A stretch of 64,000 bases of DNA from Macrostomum hystrix (taxonomy: Eukaryota > Animalia > Platyhelminthes): contig CATNEN010000007.1 in the NCBI GenBank assembly GCA_950097015.1, forward strand, positions 8,556,001-8,620,000, written 5' to 3'. This document shows, piece after piece, positions 11,339 through 24,040 of the stretch (position 1 is the first letter of the stretch; every line of letters starts with the position of its first letter). The translations under genes were made by a program, and so were the position numbers. The notes beneath the pieces were generated by a model, which had not been told where the DNA came from, ran no database searches, and was given only the letters and a program-made list of their open reading frames with translations.

Positions 11339-14300
11339 TCACATCTTGCCGCGACCAAAGTTCTCATGCAGGCGCGGCTGCACGTCGAAGACCAGAGTGA
11401 GCAGGCGCCGGATGGCCTGCTCCTTGTTCTGGCGGACGCTGCCGCTGAGCTCAGCTAGGCGCTGCCGGGTCTCCTCCTGCACCAGCTTCTCCGAGTCGGT
11501 GCGCGAGCCCAGGATGCGCGCCTCATGCGCCTTGAATTCGTGCTCCCGCTCCAGCTTGAAGGCCTCGATCTCGGCCGCCGCCTCCTGCTTCGCCTGTTTC
11601 AGGCGGCGCTGCTTGCCTGTAGGAAGGCGTCGAGAGAAGTAAATTATGAGAGCTTAACTGGCGAATTGTAGAAAACGCTGCGATGGTTTTGGAGGGCGCA
11701 GCCGTGGATTTGGAGGGCCCTGCCATGGATTTGGAGGCCGCAGCCATGGATTTGGAGGCCGCAGCCATGGATTTGGAGGCCGCAGCCATGGATTTGGAGG
11801 GCCCTGCCATGGATTTGGAGGCCGCAGCCGTGGATTTGGAGGCCACAGCCATGGATTTGGAGGGCCCAGCCATGGTTTCATCCATCGGAGTGCACCCATC
11901 GGCATGCAAATATTATCATATTTGCTCGAACTAAACTAAAAAATACGAAGCTAAATGCATGCAAATTCTGCTATCTTCTCTGAATTCTGAATTAAGGTCA
12001 ACTCAAGTGGAATTTGTATACTATAATTTTTACGCATACAAAACTCGTATATCTTATTATTTAGTTTTTAGTAAATAAAAGACAAATTTCAAACTGCGGT
12101 TGATACCCAGATAGCATTGAGAAATTTATTCTTAAGCAACAACAAAAATCCATGACGTTGTCGCATTAAGCAGTAATTCTACCCTAGTGAAATTCTCAGT
12201 TTCGTTTGGAAAACTTGACATGTTGTGACGCAAAAATACAGAAGCCTGAGTTGTAATTCAATAATAATGAGGCTAATAGGGCTGGTTAGCAACTGGAATC
12301 GCGGCTAGAAACTATAGTTAAAATACCTACGGCAAAGCAGGTAGAATTAAAATTTTAATGGACAGCGACTTAACACGCAAAAGTAACTTCAGACTGACAA
12401 TCCGCAAACAATGTCCGATTTCTGACCACAGCAGATGCGAATTCCTTGCAGGCATTAGCAGAAAGTCCGCCAGCTCTGTCTTGCAGCCTTTAACCAATCA
12501 ACAGCCAATCAACAGCGGCTGCCACCGGTCCAAACGTCGCCTTTGAAGGCGCCGAAACCGCAGAAGCGGAAGGCGCGGCCGGAGAACATCTCTGTGAGCA
12601 CAACGGAGTCGACCTTAATGCGGTAGCCGAACCAGGAGCCGAATGAGGACTCGTCCGTCCAGCGGATCCGCAGCTCGTTTGGTGCCGAGCTGGCCAGGTC
12701 CGACCAGCCGCTGCAGCCGAAGACTCCCCGCTGCTGAGAGCCGGGACTCAGGCTGCGCTCATCGCCTGCCAGCTTCTTCGGGCCGCACTCGCGGCTCCCC
12801 GAGTGTAAGCGAACGTGAAGCCCCCCGGAGCGACCAGACGGTGAGCTGCTAGACAGGTGGAGTGCCACGTGGTAGTGCACCTGGGAGTAGGGAGCGCTGG
12901 ACCCTGTCAGCAGGTAGTGGCGATGAGGCTGCCTGCTGCTGGTGAACCGAGCGCGGTGCCGGTCCGCGGCCAGGCCCAAGGTAGGGCAGCCGCCTGTGGG
13001 GCAGTGGGAGCTGCACTCGCCAGCCAGGAAGCGGTCGTAGCTTTCGCACGGGAAGGCGGCGTAGTCCCGTGAATCCAGGGCCTTCAGGCTGTCAATATAG
13101 AGCTGCGGCGCACGGCTGTGGTCACAGGCGCTCAGCGAGCTGCAGCCGGGCTGGTGGTGGCCGCCGTTGACGAAGAAGTCTACATGGCCAACAGGCGACT
13201 GGGTGCCGAAGCCGCCCTGGAAGCAAAATCAGTTAGAAAGAAGCATGTTTAGGCTGCGCATGGACTCGAAGCTCTTGAATGCTAACGAGATCGAGGGTGA
13301 GGATTATCGGTGAGACTAATCGTGAAAACACTCGTCAGCGTGACTCACATTGAGCAGCGGCAGGCCGACACGCCACAGAGCGCCGTCCGTGTGCACCACG
13401 TCGACGAACTTGGCGTCCGTGGCGTCCAAGCGAACTTCCGGGTCCGTGCCCTCGAAGTAGGGCCCGGCCGGGTCCAGACCCGTGATGCGGCCCAGCGGAG
13501 TGCCATTCTCCCGAAGGCGGCGGCCAACGTAGCCGGCGATCTGACCGCCCAGACTGAAGCCGATGACGTGCACCTCACCTGGGTTAACACCGAAGCGGGT
13601 GTGCAGCCAGCGCAGCATGCGCGCCACAATGGCGCCGACCACCCGCGTGTTGGAAGTGGCCTGGTTGTACAGGTTCACCGCGCCACCGGACCAGCCCACC
13701 TGCAGGGGAGTCGATGGCAGGTTGTTGACTGGAATCATTGTACTTTTATTTGCGGAAATCTGTTGTTTTACTTAATTTCACATGCACATTAGGATTACTA
13801 ATCTTGGAAAACTCTGACAGTTCCTCTTGCTGAATCCGCCTCCGAGTTCATATAGCCCACTTCATAAGGTTTTGCGGATTTTGTCAGCCTGCTCACCTGG
13901 ATCATGTTGCAGTCGACTCGCTTCAGCATGGCCTGCCGGATGTGGTTCATCCAAGACATCAGGCCCTTGCCCAGGAAGCCGTGAATTACGAGCTTAGTCG
14001 GCCGCCGGTTGCTGAAGTGGGAGCGCAGCACCGAGTCGGCGTAGTTGTACTCCAGCTTGGCCGGGCTGGCCGGATTGAGCCGCGTGAACAGCAGAAACTC
14101 GGTGCCGATCACGTCCGGCGGCTGCGGCACGACCACAACCGGGCGGTGGATCAGGCTGAAGTACTTGCCGGTGATGCTGAAGCAACCGAGGTCGTCGTAG
14201 CAAACATTGGTCTTCACCAGGAACTTTTCAACGTCCTCGGCATCTATGTCGGCGTCTTCATCGCCTTCTTCTGCGCTATGATCGTTTAGATCACTGTATA

Positions 14301-17300
14301 CAACATCGGAGGCATCTTCGACTGCCAGGCAGATAGTCGACAGCGGCGCGGCGGTCAGCAGCAAGAGCAGCAGCATCAGAGGCAGGGAGGAACACATGTT
14401 GGGCTGGGTGGCCGCGTAGATCAGGTCAAGTTAAGTGGAGGTTGCTCACGGCAGCTCAGTGAACCAAAATTCTTCTCTGACCAAACTATTTATGCTGCCC
14501 TTGAGGCGGTGGATCCCAGCAGGCGCCGAGAGAAATAGAGGCGAGCAACAATAGGCCCGGTCTGGCTGTCTGCCCCGAAATAAACAGCGGCACGCGCCGA
14601 CCTTGGCTCAAAATTTGATGAGCATATTAGCTCAGGCCTCGTGAGCACGTTTTTCCGAAATCAGAGCATTATGTTTCTCGAATAACTTACACAAGCTACT
14701 GTATGGAGACCTTAGTAAAATAATAAACAACAGAAAGCGACCGAAGTGACATTTTGTAAGAAAAGCTCGGCATTGCCTATTGTCTGGGCGCTCGGGTCTG
14801 TTTTCAAAGCAAAGCAACTGGAAGGAGGGGAAGGGGCGCGCAGGCATAGTTTGACACTGACTCGCTTGTCTGCCCGCTTAGCTGCATTTTCACAGCACAG
14901 CGTTCTCGAGTATTTAACCAGCTGCATCTTGCAAGGACTCGAACTTCATTGGTACATGAGTATTAAGAGTAGACGATGCTTGGATGGTGTTGTGAATGGC
15001 CGAATGATATTAATGGAAAAATGCTCGGAAATAAGTTTGCAGCATTCTGTGCCAGCTTACTAAAGGCAGCTTGGGTTCCATGTGACACAAGTGAACTTCA
15101 AACTTCACTTTGAACATGACTTAACTATGTAAAACAATAATATTTCAGCTCTACGGTCAATCTCCTGCTGATATACATAGGCGAGTTTGTAATAAAAAAT
15201 TATATTACGCATACATGCGCAACACCCGGCCGACACAGCTGAATTGGACAGGTGAAATGAGGGCCAAGCAAAGTAAGTGGCAAAAATCAACTGACAAAAG
15301 GCGAATAAAATCAAAGGGAGGACCAAGGGACAAAAAGGGAAAGAAGAAAGCACAAAGAAGCGAAAGAAAAACGGAGAAAGAGAAAAGCGAGGAGAGAGAA
15401 GAATAAAAGAGAAGACAATGATGTGAAAATTGGGATAAAGAAACAAGCTTGAAGTCGTAAATAAAGCAAAGAAACTAACTACGAGTAATTCGCAGATGAG
15501 GGAAAACTGAAGTCGCAGATTTAAGAATCATCTGTGCTCCTCGAAGGAGGGCAAAACTAACTGAGGTTTAGTTCTCTCTGCAACTTTGATTGTTGGTTGG
15601 TTTGAATTGTGACTTAATTTTTATGAAATTTCTTCGGTCTAATTTTTACATCCCCATCTTCATTGTTTTTCTTCTCTTCAACTCTCTCTGCATTTTTCTT
15701 TCTCTACTATACTCTACGCTGATTTTCTTATTTCTCTTCTACTCTGGCTTTCTTCTCTTTCAGTCTCCCACTCGCCCTGGTTTTCTTCTCTTATTCTCTC
15801 CGTCTTCCTTTCTTCTTTTTCTCTTTTACTCTATGATTTTCTTCTCCTTTACTCTCTGGCTTTCTTTCTCTTCTACTCTCTGTTTTTCTTTTCTTCTACC
15901 CTCTCTGTTTGTCTTCCCTTCTTTACTCTCTGTATTTCTCCTTCTTCTCTTTTACTAATTAATTTTTTTTCTTTTTTTCAACTCTGTTTTTTTGTCTTCT
16001 TTCTTCATCTTTCTTCTCTTCTTCTCTCTGCTTTTCTTCTCTTTAGAGACAAAACGATGTCACAGATGAGAGAAAATAAATTATGAATGAGAGAAAGCAA
16101 CATTGCAGCTTTGAGAAAACTAATTTGTGAATGAGAAAAATAAATAATAACCCACAAAGTTTCAAACTTCCAAAAATATGGGAAACTGTTTCAGTCCCTT
16201 TTAGCAAACTTCCCTGTAAGGTGTTTCTTCCACACAGGAATCTGCTTCTGAATGGAATTAGTTCAAGTTGCTAGTAAACTAGTAGCAAATGGGTTATAAT
16301 TTTTATTTGCAATTGTGACTTCTTTTGATGTTTTTCCTTTTAATTTTCTATGAAAACCCCATCACTAAGTATTGCAAATCATAGCTCTTGCAAAGAAAGG
16401 TGTATTTAATCCTATCAAATTTAATCAGTCACAATGTATGTCACATTTTTGGTTTCAAATTGGATGGCTAGGCTGAGATTCTGGAGGTTGCATATGTATG
16501 ACTGGCTACAGATAATGGCTAACTGTTGACCTTAAAGCAAATTCAGATGCACAAACTTTGTAAGAACAAATTCATTTATCCAAACAGTAGCAGATCAAGA
16601 CTAAAATAATCAAATCATTTTAGACTGCGAATTCATTTCATTTCATTTGCTTTTCTGGCTACTCTAAGTAGTTTATTATAGAAACATTTACAATTTAGCT
16701 AGTGAATATAGAAAAAATCCATTTGGTAGCCATAATTATAGGAAGTGAGGATGATAAGTATTTTGCTTCACAGCATAGTATTATTATATATTTAAATCAA
16801 GACATTAAGTATAACTATAAAAGTATAAACTACTAAAAAGAAATGTTTATCTTCAAAAAAGATAATTCTCAAAGTTACTTAATTGGCTACTTGTCAAGGG
16901 AGAATAGGTACCAATATTTGAGCTTGGACTATCTAGTTAATTGTCAAAAAACTAAAACCTAAAAAGCCAGAATTGTTGTATTAAATTCTTAGCAAATACC
17001 ACAGAAAGTAATAATTGACAAAATACAAAATTCACTCATACTGATATATAAAGTTAAATAAATAACTGTGGTAAATTAAAGTTGCTAGATAATTAAATCA
17101 ATCACATCAAATATTTTCTATGTTTCAATATTTCTCAAATCAGGAAAGACAGATGAACTAAAATTAGTTTAAAATCTAGCTTTAAAAACATACTTTACAA
17201 TTAAAAAAGCACTGCAAAGTGGGGAACTGTAAGAGTTTTGTTAAACATGATATTTGATTCACACTTAATTTTATTTTTGTCAGGGCTCCAAGCAACAAAC

Positions 17301-17593
17301 ATATACAGAATATGAAAGTCATGACAAGAATGTTTCTTTGCTTTTTAGAAAAAAACTGAGAATTTGTCTATATATATATATATACTCAAGTGAAGCTAAT
17401 GTAATAATTTATCCTACGTAACGGAGGCAGTTAAGTTCTTAAGTAAGCATTTAAGTTGTGTAACGGCTTGCAATTGAGTAAAAAGAGATGCATAAAATCT
17501 AGGCAACACACCTTTTCTAGCTTCTTCTATTTTTTCGCGAGCTTTCTTCTCGGCCTGAAGAAGCTGTTGAATACCGCCGGTTTGTGTATTCAT
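11339..17593 (-). CDS. ATP6V1G: V-type proton ATPase subunit G (119 aa, 2 exons: 17593-17512, 11616-11339)
   Basis: Exon 1 encodes MNTQTGGIQQLLQAEKKAREKIEEARK followed by a phase-1 GT donor. Exon 2 follows a CAG acceptor and encodes (G)KQRRLKQAKQEAAAEIEAFKLEREHEF...LVFDVQPRLHENFGRGKM*. Phases match, total 360 nt. Not in the ORF track. Confidence 0.93.
11683..11877. repeat. 21-bp minisatellite (CCATGGATTTGGAGGCCGCAG), about 9 copies, intronic
   Basis: Direct inspection. Confidence 0.9.
12509..14397 (-). CDS. Pancreatic-lipase-family secreted lipase/phospholipase (519 aa; exons 14397-13897, 13699-13349, 13216-12509)
   Basis: Signal peptide, CYDDLGCF, IHGF, GFSLG (Ser), GLDPA (Asp), VDVVHTD, GHVDFFVNGG, CDHSRA (His), C-terminal PLAT-like region; two phase-0 GT-AG introns; no stops. 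Confidence 0.92.
14487..14494 (-). promoter_or_regulatory. Possible TATA-like box of the lipase gene
   Basis: CATAAATA on the minus strand about 90 bp upstream of the ATG. Confidence 0.3.
15660..16045. repeat. CT-rich low-complexity tract (with a GA-rich tract at about 15290-15430)
   Basis: Direct inspection; intronic. Confidence 0.7.
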
Positions 17594-18736
17594 CGTTTTA
17601 ATCTATATACAAAATGTAATACAAAAAAGGAAAATAAATTAACTAGTTTTAATATAGGGAGTGAGTGCGTTCGGGAGACTAGAATTAGAATACATAAAAC
17701 GGCATTTTAAACTATTTTACCGCCGCTAAATTAATATAAAATTAAAAGTAAAACAAATAAATCTATGTCGCGCCTAAATGTTTGTTGAACTAGCCTATAC
17801 TGTATAAAAATTGATCAATATTGCAGGTCATTATTGACAAAACAATAAATATTGAAGATTTATGTGTACGTTGTGAACAACTTAGAAACAAACTTTTAAC
17901 TTATTTTGTTCTCTGGTTTAAATATAAATAGGACTTATTTATTGTTTAATACGTAGTAACTTATTTTCATTCCCTTATATAAATCCATTCCTTTATGTAA
18001 ACACATCCAACTGTGTTTTCTGTGTCTTCTCTATCCTCACTTTCTAAATACAGTAGTACACGGTTACCAAAACACAGTAAACACAGTCTACTGTGCCTTA
18101 TGTCATCTCTATCCTCACTTTCTACATACATGAATGCAAGGTTACCAAAACACTGTAAACACCTTTTGCTGTGATACCTACCTTTCTTTGCCTTGCAGGC
18201 CTTCATTAAGGACCCATTCTGTGCTTTTTGAGGGCGTAGGTCCGGTTCCTGCTGACTGTCCCGATGTCGACTTGATAGTTGTAGGAATTCGTGTTGTTGC
18301 TAAAGACGTTCGTGATGCTGCTGACATTCTTAACATGAAATTTAGTAATTGAACGCTTAGAACGGTTCGATGATCAAATGTAAAATACCTGAGCAAAAAA
18401 GGCATTGCGTTGGCCTATTCAAGCGGTGTCGCCGTTTTTCGCAAAAGAAACGGTTCTGAGCTTCGTTATGATTCTGAAAAACGCTTTAGAGCTGCAGAGG
18501 CTGGACGGTACGTTGTGGCTTGAACGTCATAATTGGCGGCGCAGAGATATGGCATCGCAAAGTTATAACAGCCTTGCAACCCTGCAAATCACAAATTATA
18601 AATCATGAATGCTCGATCTTGTCTGGTAACAAAAATCAGGAAATAAGCGAAGATGGTTCTAATTAAAATTTCAATAGATGATTCGGTAACGGACGACGAA
18701 GCTGTGCAAAAAGCTATTGAGCGAAACGAAGTTGAT

Positions 18737-19160
18737 TTTGAGGCTAAGCGAAGGAAGGTTGCCGAGGAGGCTGAGCAAAGGAAGGTTGCCGAGGAGGCTG
18801 AGCGAAGGAAGGTTCCCGAGGAGGCTGAGCGAAGGAAGGTTGCCGAAGAGGCTGAGCGAAGGAAGGTTCCCGAGGAGGCTGAGCGAAGGAAGGTTGCCGA
18901 AGAGGCTGAGCGAAGGAAGGTTGCCGAGAAGGCTGAGCGAAGGAAGGTTGCCGAAGAGGCTGAGCGAAGGAAGGTTGCCGAGGAGGCTGAGCGAAGGAAG
19001 GTTGCCGAGAAGGCTGAGCGAAGGAAGGTTGCTGAGGAGGCTGAGCGAAGGAAGGTTGCCGAGAAGGCTGAGCGAAGGAAGGTTCCCGAGGAGACTGAGC
19101 GAAGGAAGGCTGCCGTGGAGGCTGGGCGAAGGAAGGTTCCCGAGGAGGCTAAGAAAAGGT
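18737..19160 (+). repeat. 27-bp tandem repeat (GAGGCTGAGCGAAGGAAGGTTGCCGAG), about 15 copies, inside ORF 18653-19201 (EAERRKVAE)n
   Basis: Direct inspection; coding status uncertain. Confidence 0.85.
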
Positions 19161-19955
19161 TGCCAAGTGGGCGGAGCGCATCTGGAAGCAGCTGGAATTA
19201 GCTGAAAGATGCAATGTCCGCAAAAGAAATACCACTAATGTAACCGGAGCAAGGAAAAGTACTCGACATAAGGCCGAAAGTCGGTAGACTAAATAGCTAC
19301 TATAATGTGTTAATCTACGAGATGACTGTGAAGTTTCACTAAAGTTATTTTTAGTTTTGCGTGTCACTTCCTGTTTCTCTGCCCTTGTCTTCAAAAGCAG
19401 ATAACTATACTTCTTAGGCGTAAAATAAAGTAAGTATTAAGTAATTAAGTAAAAATAAAGTAAAATGCTAACACTGTATAACACCATGCTATTCTATTGT
19501 CTCTATTGTCAGTCGTATACTACAATGGCGCTTTAAGGAAATGTATTTTTATTGTGGCGTTAAAATTAGTTTTCAAAGGCTTGCTAAAACTGCATGTCAA
19601 GTACATTACCAGATTGCATGGGAACATTATTTCGGTTCTATAGTTAATATTTATCAAAATACTTCGTACTTTATTAACTAACCTCGTACGAATATAGATA
19701 ATATGCGCTCGTAGTTCACAGACGGGGATAATTTAGCTGAAAATGTAAAATTCTGAAGTGCAACGGAAGATAAAAAAAAAAAATTGGACTATGGACTCTG
19801 CACTGATTGTCCACTATCTGGACTTCATATGTTAGCAATGTACACATACACATTTAAAGCACTGACACAGGCGCAAAAAAGCAATGTCTTACGAAATTGC
19901 AGCAAAGGCAATTACAACGAGACGCTAGGAGTTGCCACCACACATTCTCACACAG

Positions 19956-21790
19956 TTACAATGAGTACAGAGCGAGGCTTATTCTTCCCAGAGAACCCCA
20001 GGTGTGACGCCTCCCAGAATTGCCTACAAAAGCTCGTGCTGCTCTGGTCTGGTCAAGGTCATCGAAGAGAACCGGGCCGGGCCGTCTTGCTTGAAAATCC
20101 GAGCAACGTAGGGACCATTATTCAGATAAGTGGCACACAGAAGATGATACCTGAAATATGATCCAACCATTTTTCTCTTTAATGTTATCGCTTTTCTCTA
20201 CTGAGAACTTTCAGTAGAATCAAATTACTGAACAAAAAATTTATAGTGAGTAAAGTACTGAATCAGACACTTGCACTTTTGCTTGCATGTTACTACCGAT
20301 AAAGGAGAGAAAGAAAAAGAGCTTACTGAGTGTCGCGATCAGGCAATGGCCGGATAATGATTGGGAGATCTATCGAAGTCACATGTCAATCGTCTTGGAA
20401 ACCGAGAGCTAAGATGATGGGCGGCTGGATGACGAAATCGGCACCAAGGAGCTCACAATCAGCAGCTTCACATTCACTGCAGATACCCTGAGAGCCTTGC
20501 ATCATGACATGACGGAACTGCACGGCGGGGAGCAGAGGAAGGCCAGTTTGCACCATGATAGGTGAGGTAAAACGGATGCTTCAAACTCAATCAGGGCATG
20601 CTTCTGTTGGGCAAGTTGATAGGCGTTCATAGGCGATCGTCTCTCCGATAAGTCGAACAGCCATATCGATGTCGGATTCCAATAGATTTTCTCGGATAGA
20701 GCCATCTGGCTCACAGAGAAGGAAGGTCCCGGCACTCCAAAGAGCAGGTGAGCGAAGAAGGAGGCGGGCCCTCGCAACCGCCGCTTCCGTGTCATCTCTA
20801 GCAGCCAATGCCTCCGCTAAAATATCCCTGAGCGGAAAACAAGACTGAAGGGAACTCAAACATAGTTTGCAGAAATGGACGGTCTCGTTAGGCATAGAAC
20901 AATGCCTGAAGGAAGCTATTCACAGAGCATGCATTTGGGACGCTCACAATCACCATCACCAAAGACGCTTCCTTGATTTCTGAAGCGCACCAAATCCTGC
21001 TGAAAACTTCCAGGCAATATCAGAGGTGTAGGAAGATGCCGAGTGTAGGCCGCCACTCGGGATTTCCTGCCCTTATTGACAATCTTCGCTCGATTTGCCG
21101 AGTCCCTTGTTAAGCCCGAGCTGTTTGGCATTGGGGTCAGGATACATTGGCGCTTTCTGCCGGGTACTTGGGACCTCTAAAACAAAGCAAATACGAGTAC
21201 TCGTAAACTCTTGTTAGCGATACACTCGTAGATGTATCAACTCACTACCGACGCAGACTCTGAATGACGGGATTCGAACTCGACCCCCGGACCATGCATC
21301 GGTTCAGTTCTGGTTAATTGTTCTTCCCGTCCAGGTGGGATTTCAGATTCTTCTGCAGGTTCAGACTCTTGTCTACGCTCGGATCCAATTGCTGGTTCGT
21401 CTCGCATCGGTTGCTCGGTAACAGCAGATTATATGTGGCTGTGGCAGATTGAGGCCGCGAATGAAAAGAGCTTCCAACCCCTTCAGGTGCATGTGCTCGT
21501 TGCGCAACCAATCAGCTATTGGAAGAAGTTTGCCATCAACCAGGCGGTTCTTCACAGCCCCCATCCAAAACTCAGCGTCTCATTCGGTAAATAGGTGCTG
21601 GATTGAAGTGGCTGGGACTTTCTTGTCATCGGCATATCGTTCTGGGTGTGCCATAATGCTTGTGAAGTAAGCTAGCCAGGCGAAGAGGTCATCGAGGAGC
21701 CTCTGAGCAAGTTTGAGAAAAAAAATTATCCGATGCTTCCTCAGTGATGCGCGTGATATCGAGGTAGTCAGTGACTAGCAATTCGCTGTT
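19956..21790 (-). pseudogene. Spliced, degenerate gene with a C-terminal USP/peptidase-C19-like domain; probably a NOF-FB/MULE-like transposon protein
   Basis: Cys-box-like PNACSVNSFLQALFY (20938-20891), STCPTEACP, CSEC, QPPII; intron 20326-20151; His-box-like YHLLCATYLNNGPYVA..FDD..ISLALY*. Upstream WLAYFTSIM...EFWMGAVKNRLV resembles NOF-type transposase C-terminal motifs as I recall them. Several stops and frameshifts. Confidence 0.55.
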
Positions 21791-21817
21791 TGACTTCTTC
21801 CATAATCTGGTTGCATG

Positions 21818-23097
21818 GCTCAAGCCCGGCGACTTTGCGGCCAAGATCGACCTCAAGGAGGCGTATCGTTCAGTGGGTGTCCATCCGTCCTCTAAATATC
21901 CCTGGGCATTTCAGTGGCGACAGCGAACCGACCTACCTGGCTGACACCCGGCTGAGCTTCGGCGCCGCGGCATCGGTGTACCACTTCAAAAGGCTGTCCA
22001 TGGCGGTGGTGCGCATGATGCAGCGACGCGGCCTCTCCTGTGTCGGCTGCCTCGACGACTTCGCCGTGGCCGGGAGCACCTACGAAGCCTGCGCTGAGGC
22101 CTGCGCTGAGGCCTACGAGAGCCTGAGGAACCTGGTGACAAGCCTGGGCTTCACTATCAATGAGCAGAAATCCAGCGCGCCGTCGAGGTGCACCGTTTTC
22201 CTTGGTGTCCTGATCGACACGGAGTTAGGGACGCTGAGCATTCCCCCGGCCAAGCTCAAGGAACTCTGTGGGCTGCCACCTATCTGGCCCCACTTCGCGC
22301 GAAACATCGTCATCGAGACCGATGCCTGCAACTCGGGCGGTGCCTGCATTGTGCGCGAGGCGGACAGAACCGACTGGCTTTACATCAACTGGAAGAAGAT
22401 CACGCCTGCCCTCGGCATCCTCGCGGCCTCGGGCATATATGTGGCTCTTCGCCGGTTCGGGCATCGTCGTGTACAGCGACAGACTCTCGGCGACACGGCC
22501 GAGTACGTGCGGCGCCTGGCTTAGCGCGGCGTGGAACCCGGCAGCCTCGGCGGCTACTTGGCAGCCATCAGCTGGAGCTTCAAGCTGGCAGCACAACTGC
22601 CGGCATCACCAAGTCTGCCTCGATAGACCTAGCGATTAAGAGCGCGAAGCGAACGAGCAGCCACTCGGTCAGGCAGCGAGACCCAATCACCCCGGCAATG
22701 CTGACCTGGCTCGCAAACCAGGTGGACCTAGAAGATCCTGCAGTTGGTGCCTTTTGGGCTGCCATGCTGTGCAGCTTCTGGGCGCTGCTCAGGAAAGCTA
22801 ATGTGTGCGGGCGTTACGTTATCCTAACCAGCGACGCGATCGCCCCGATATAGTCGGTGCTGGAGACTCCGGGTGCGACAGTCCAAGACAAACCAGAGTG
22901 GCGAAGACTACCAAGAGGCTGTCCTGCCGGGGACCACCCGCTGTGTTCTGTCCGAGCCCTGCGGCGGCACCTTAAGGTCAACAAGCTGAGGTCAGCGCCT
23001 GCGCATACCTGGCTGTTCTGCATCAGCACCCCTGGCTCCTGGCGCCCGCTGACAGGGCGTCAATTCGATCGCCGCCTCGTTCGAGCTTTGGCGGATG
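21818..23097 (+). mobile_element. DIRS/Ngaro-like YR retrotransposon fragment (RT, RNase H, YR)
   Basis: AKIDLKEAYRSV, LSFG, CLDDF, LGFTIN..KS, FLGVLID, ETDAC; then FWALLRKANV and HPLCSVRAL. Confidence 0.82.
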
Positions 23098-23099
23098 CG

Positions 23100-23643
23100 T
23101 CCTCAAAGTTTTTAGTCACGCCAAAACCACATGAGCTACGATCGTATATACATGAAACTTCACACCCTCAAAGTAGTACATCTATCATGATTTCACCCCA
23201 GTCAACAGTCCTTAAAATGAAAAACTGTTGGATACAGCAGCCATCGATTCTCAAACCCCTGCATGGCATCCTGCTGCATCACGACAATGCCTCCACCCAT
23301 ACTGCAGCGGCAACTCTGGACTTCCTGGGCACTGAAAATGTCCAGCTTGTCACGCACCCGCCCTACTCACAGACCTGCGACTCCTGGCTGTTCCCGAAAG
23401 TCAAGGAGGAGCTGAGGGGACGGCGGTTCGCATCGGATTCTGACGCTCTGGCGGCCAGGAAGGGTGACGAAGGGTCTCGACGAGCAGAGAGCTTCCAGGA
23501 CTGCTTCGTCAAGTGGTTTGAGCGCATGAACTCCTGCATTCGTCATGCTGGAGAGTACTCTGAAAAAAATGTAAACTCTGAGCCCCATATACTTGCATAT
23601 TTTATGCTTGGCGTGACTAAAGACTCTCAGCATGGCCCTTGTA
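23100..23643 (+). mobile_element. Mariner-like transposon relic
   Basis: ILLHHDNASTH, HPPYS, CDSWLFPKVKEELRGRRF; partial inverted ends (AGTTTTTAGTCACGCCAA / TTGGCGTGACTAAAGACT). Confidence 0.8.
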
Positions 23644-24040
23644 ACTAATAAAATTTTTATACACAATGCACCAGAAATAGCAGCAAAAGCAACAAAAATT
23701 ATCCAAACTATCATCCTCAGCTATCCAGTTTAGACAGTACACAAAGCCCCCTTTGTTGTTTGCTTCGCCGTCATCGAGGCAGTCGTCATGCAGCCAGACG
23801 TCATTAATAATGATTATAATACGAGCACTTGCATTATTACTGATTTTTTTCATCCTAGTCCGTTTATTTTCTCGTTTCGTCAGTCAGTCGGTCAGTCGGT
23901 CTCTCACGACTAATATAGTTACTAATACTATAGTTACTGTAACGATTTCTTATGCCACAAATTGAGTCCTCGCAGTAAGAGCCCGTTCATACGGCAGTGA
24001 GCCAATTCAGGCCGAGAGTCAAATATATATTTAAGTTTAA

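Noticed and set aside
11523-11934. Repeat-protein ORFs (also 39988-40407 and 50744-51145)
   Set aside because: Products of 21-bp minisatellites open in several frames on both strands
15105-15958. Hydrophobic membrane-protein ORFs
   Set aside because: Translations of CT/GA low-complexity intronic sequence
22857-23648. 263-aa YR-mariner fusion protein
   Set aside because: Chance read-through across a DIRS/mariner junction; both parts are decayed and there is no ATG start
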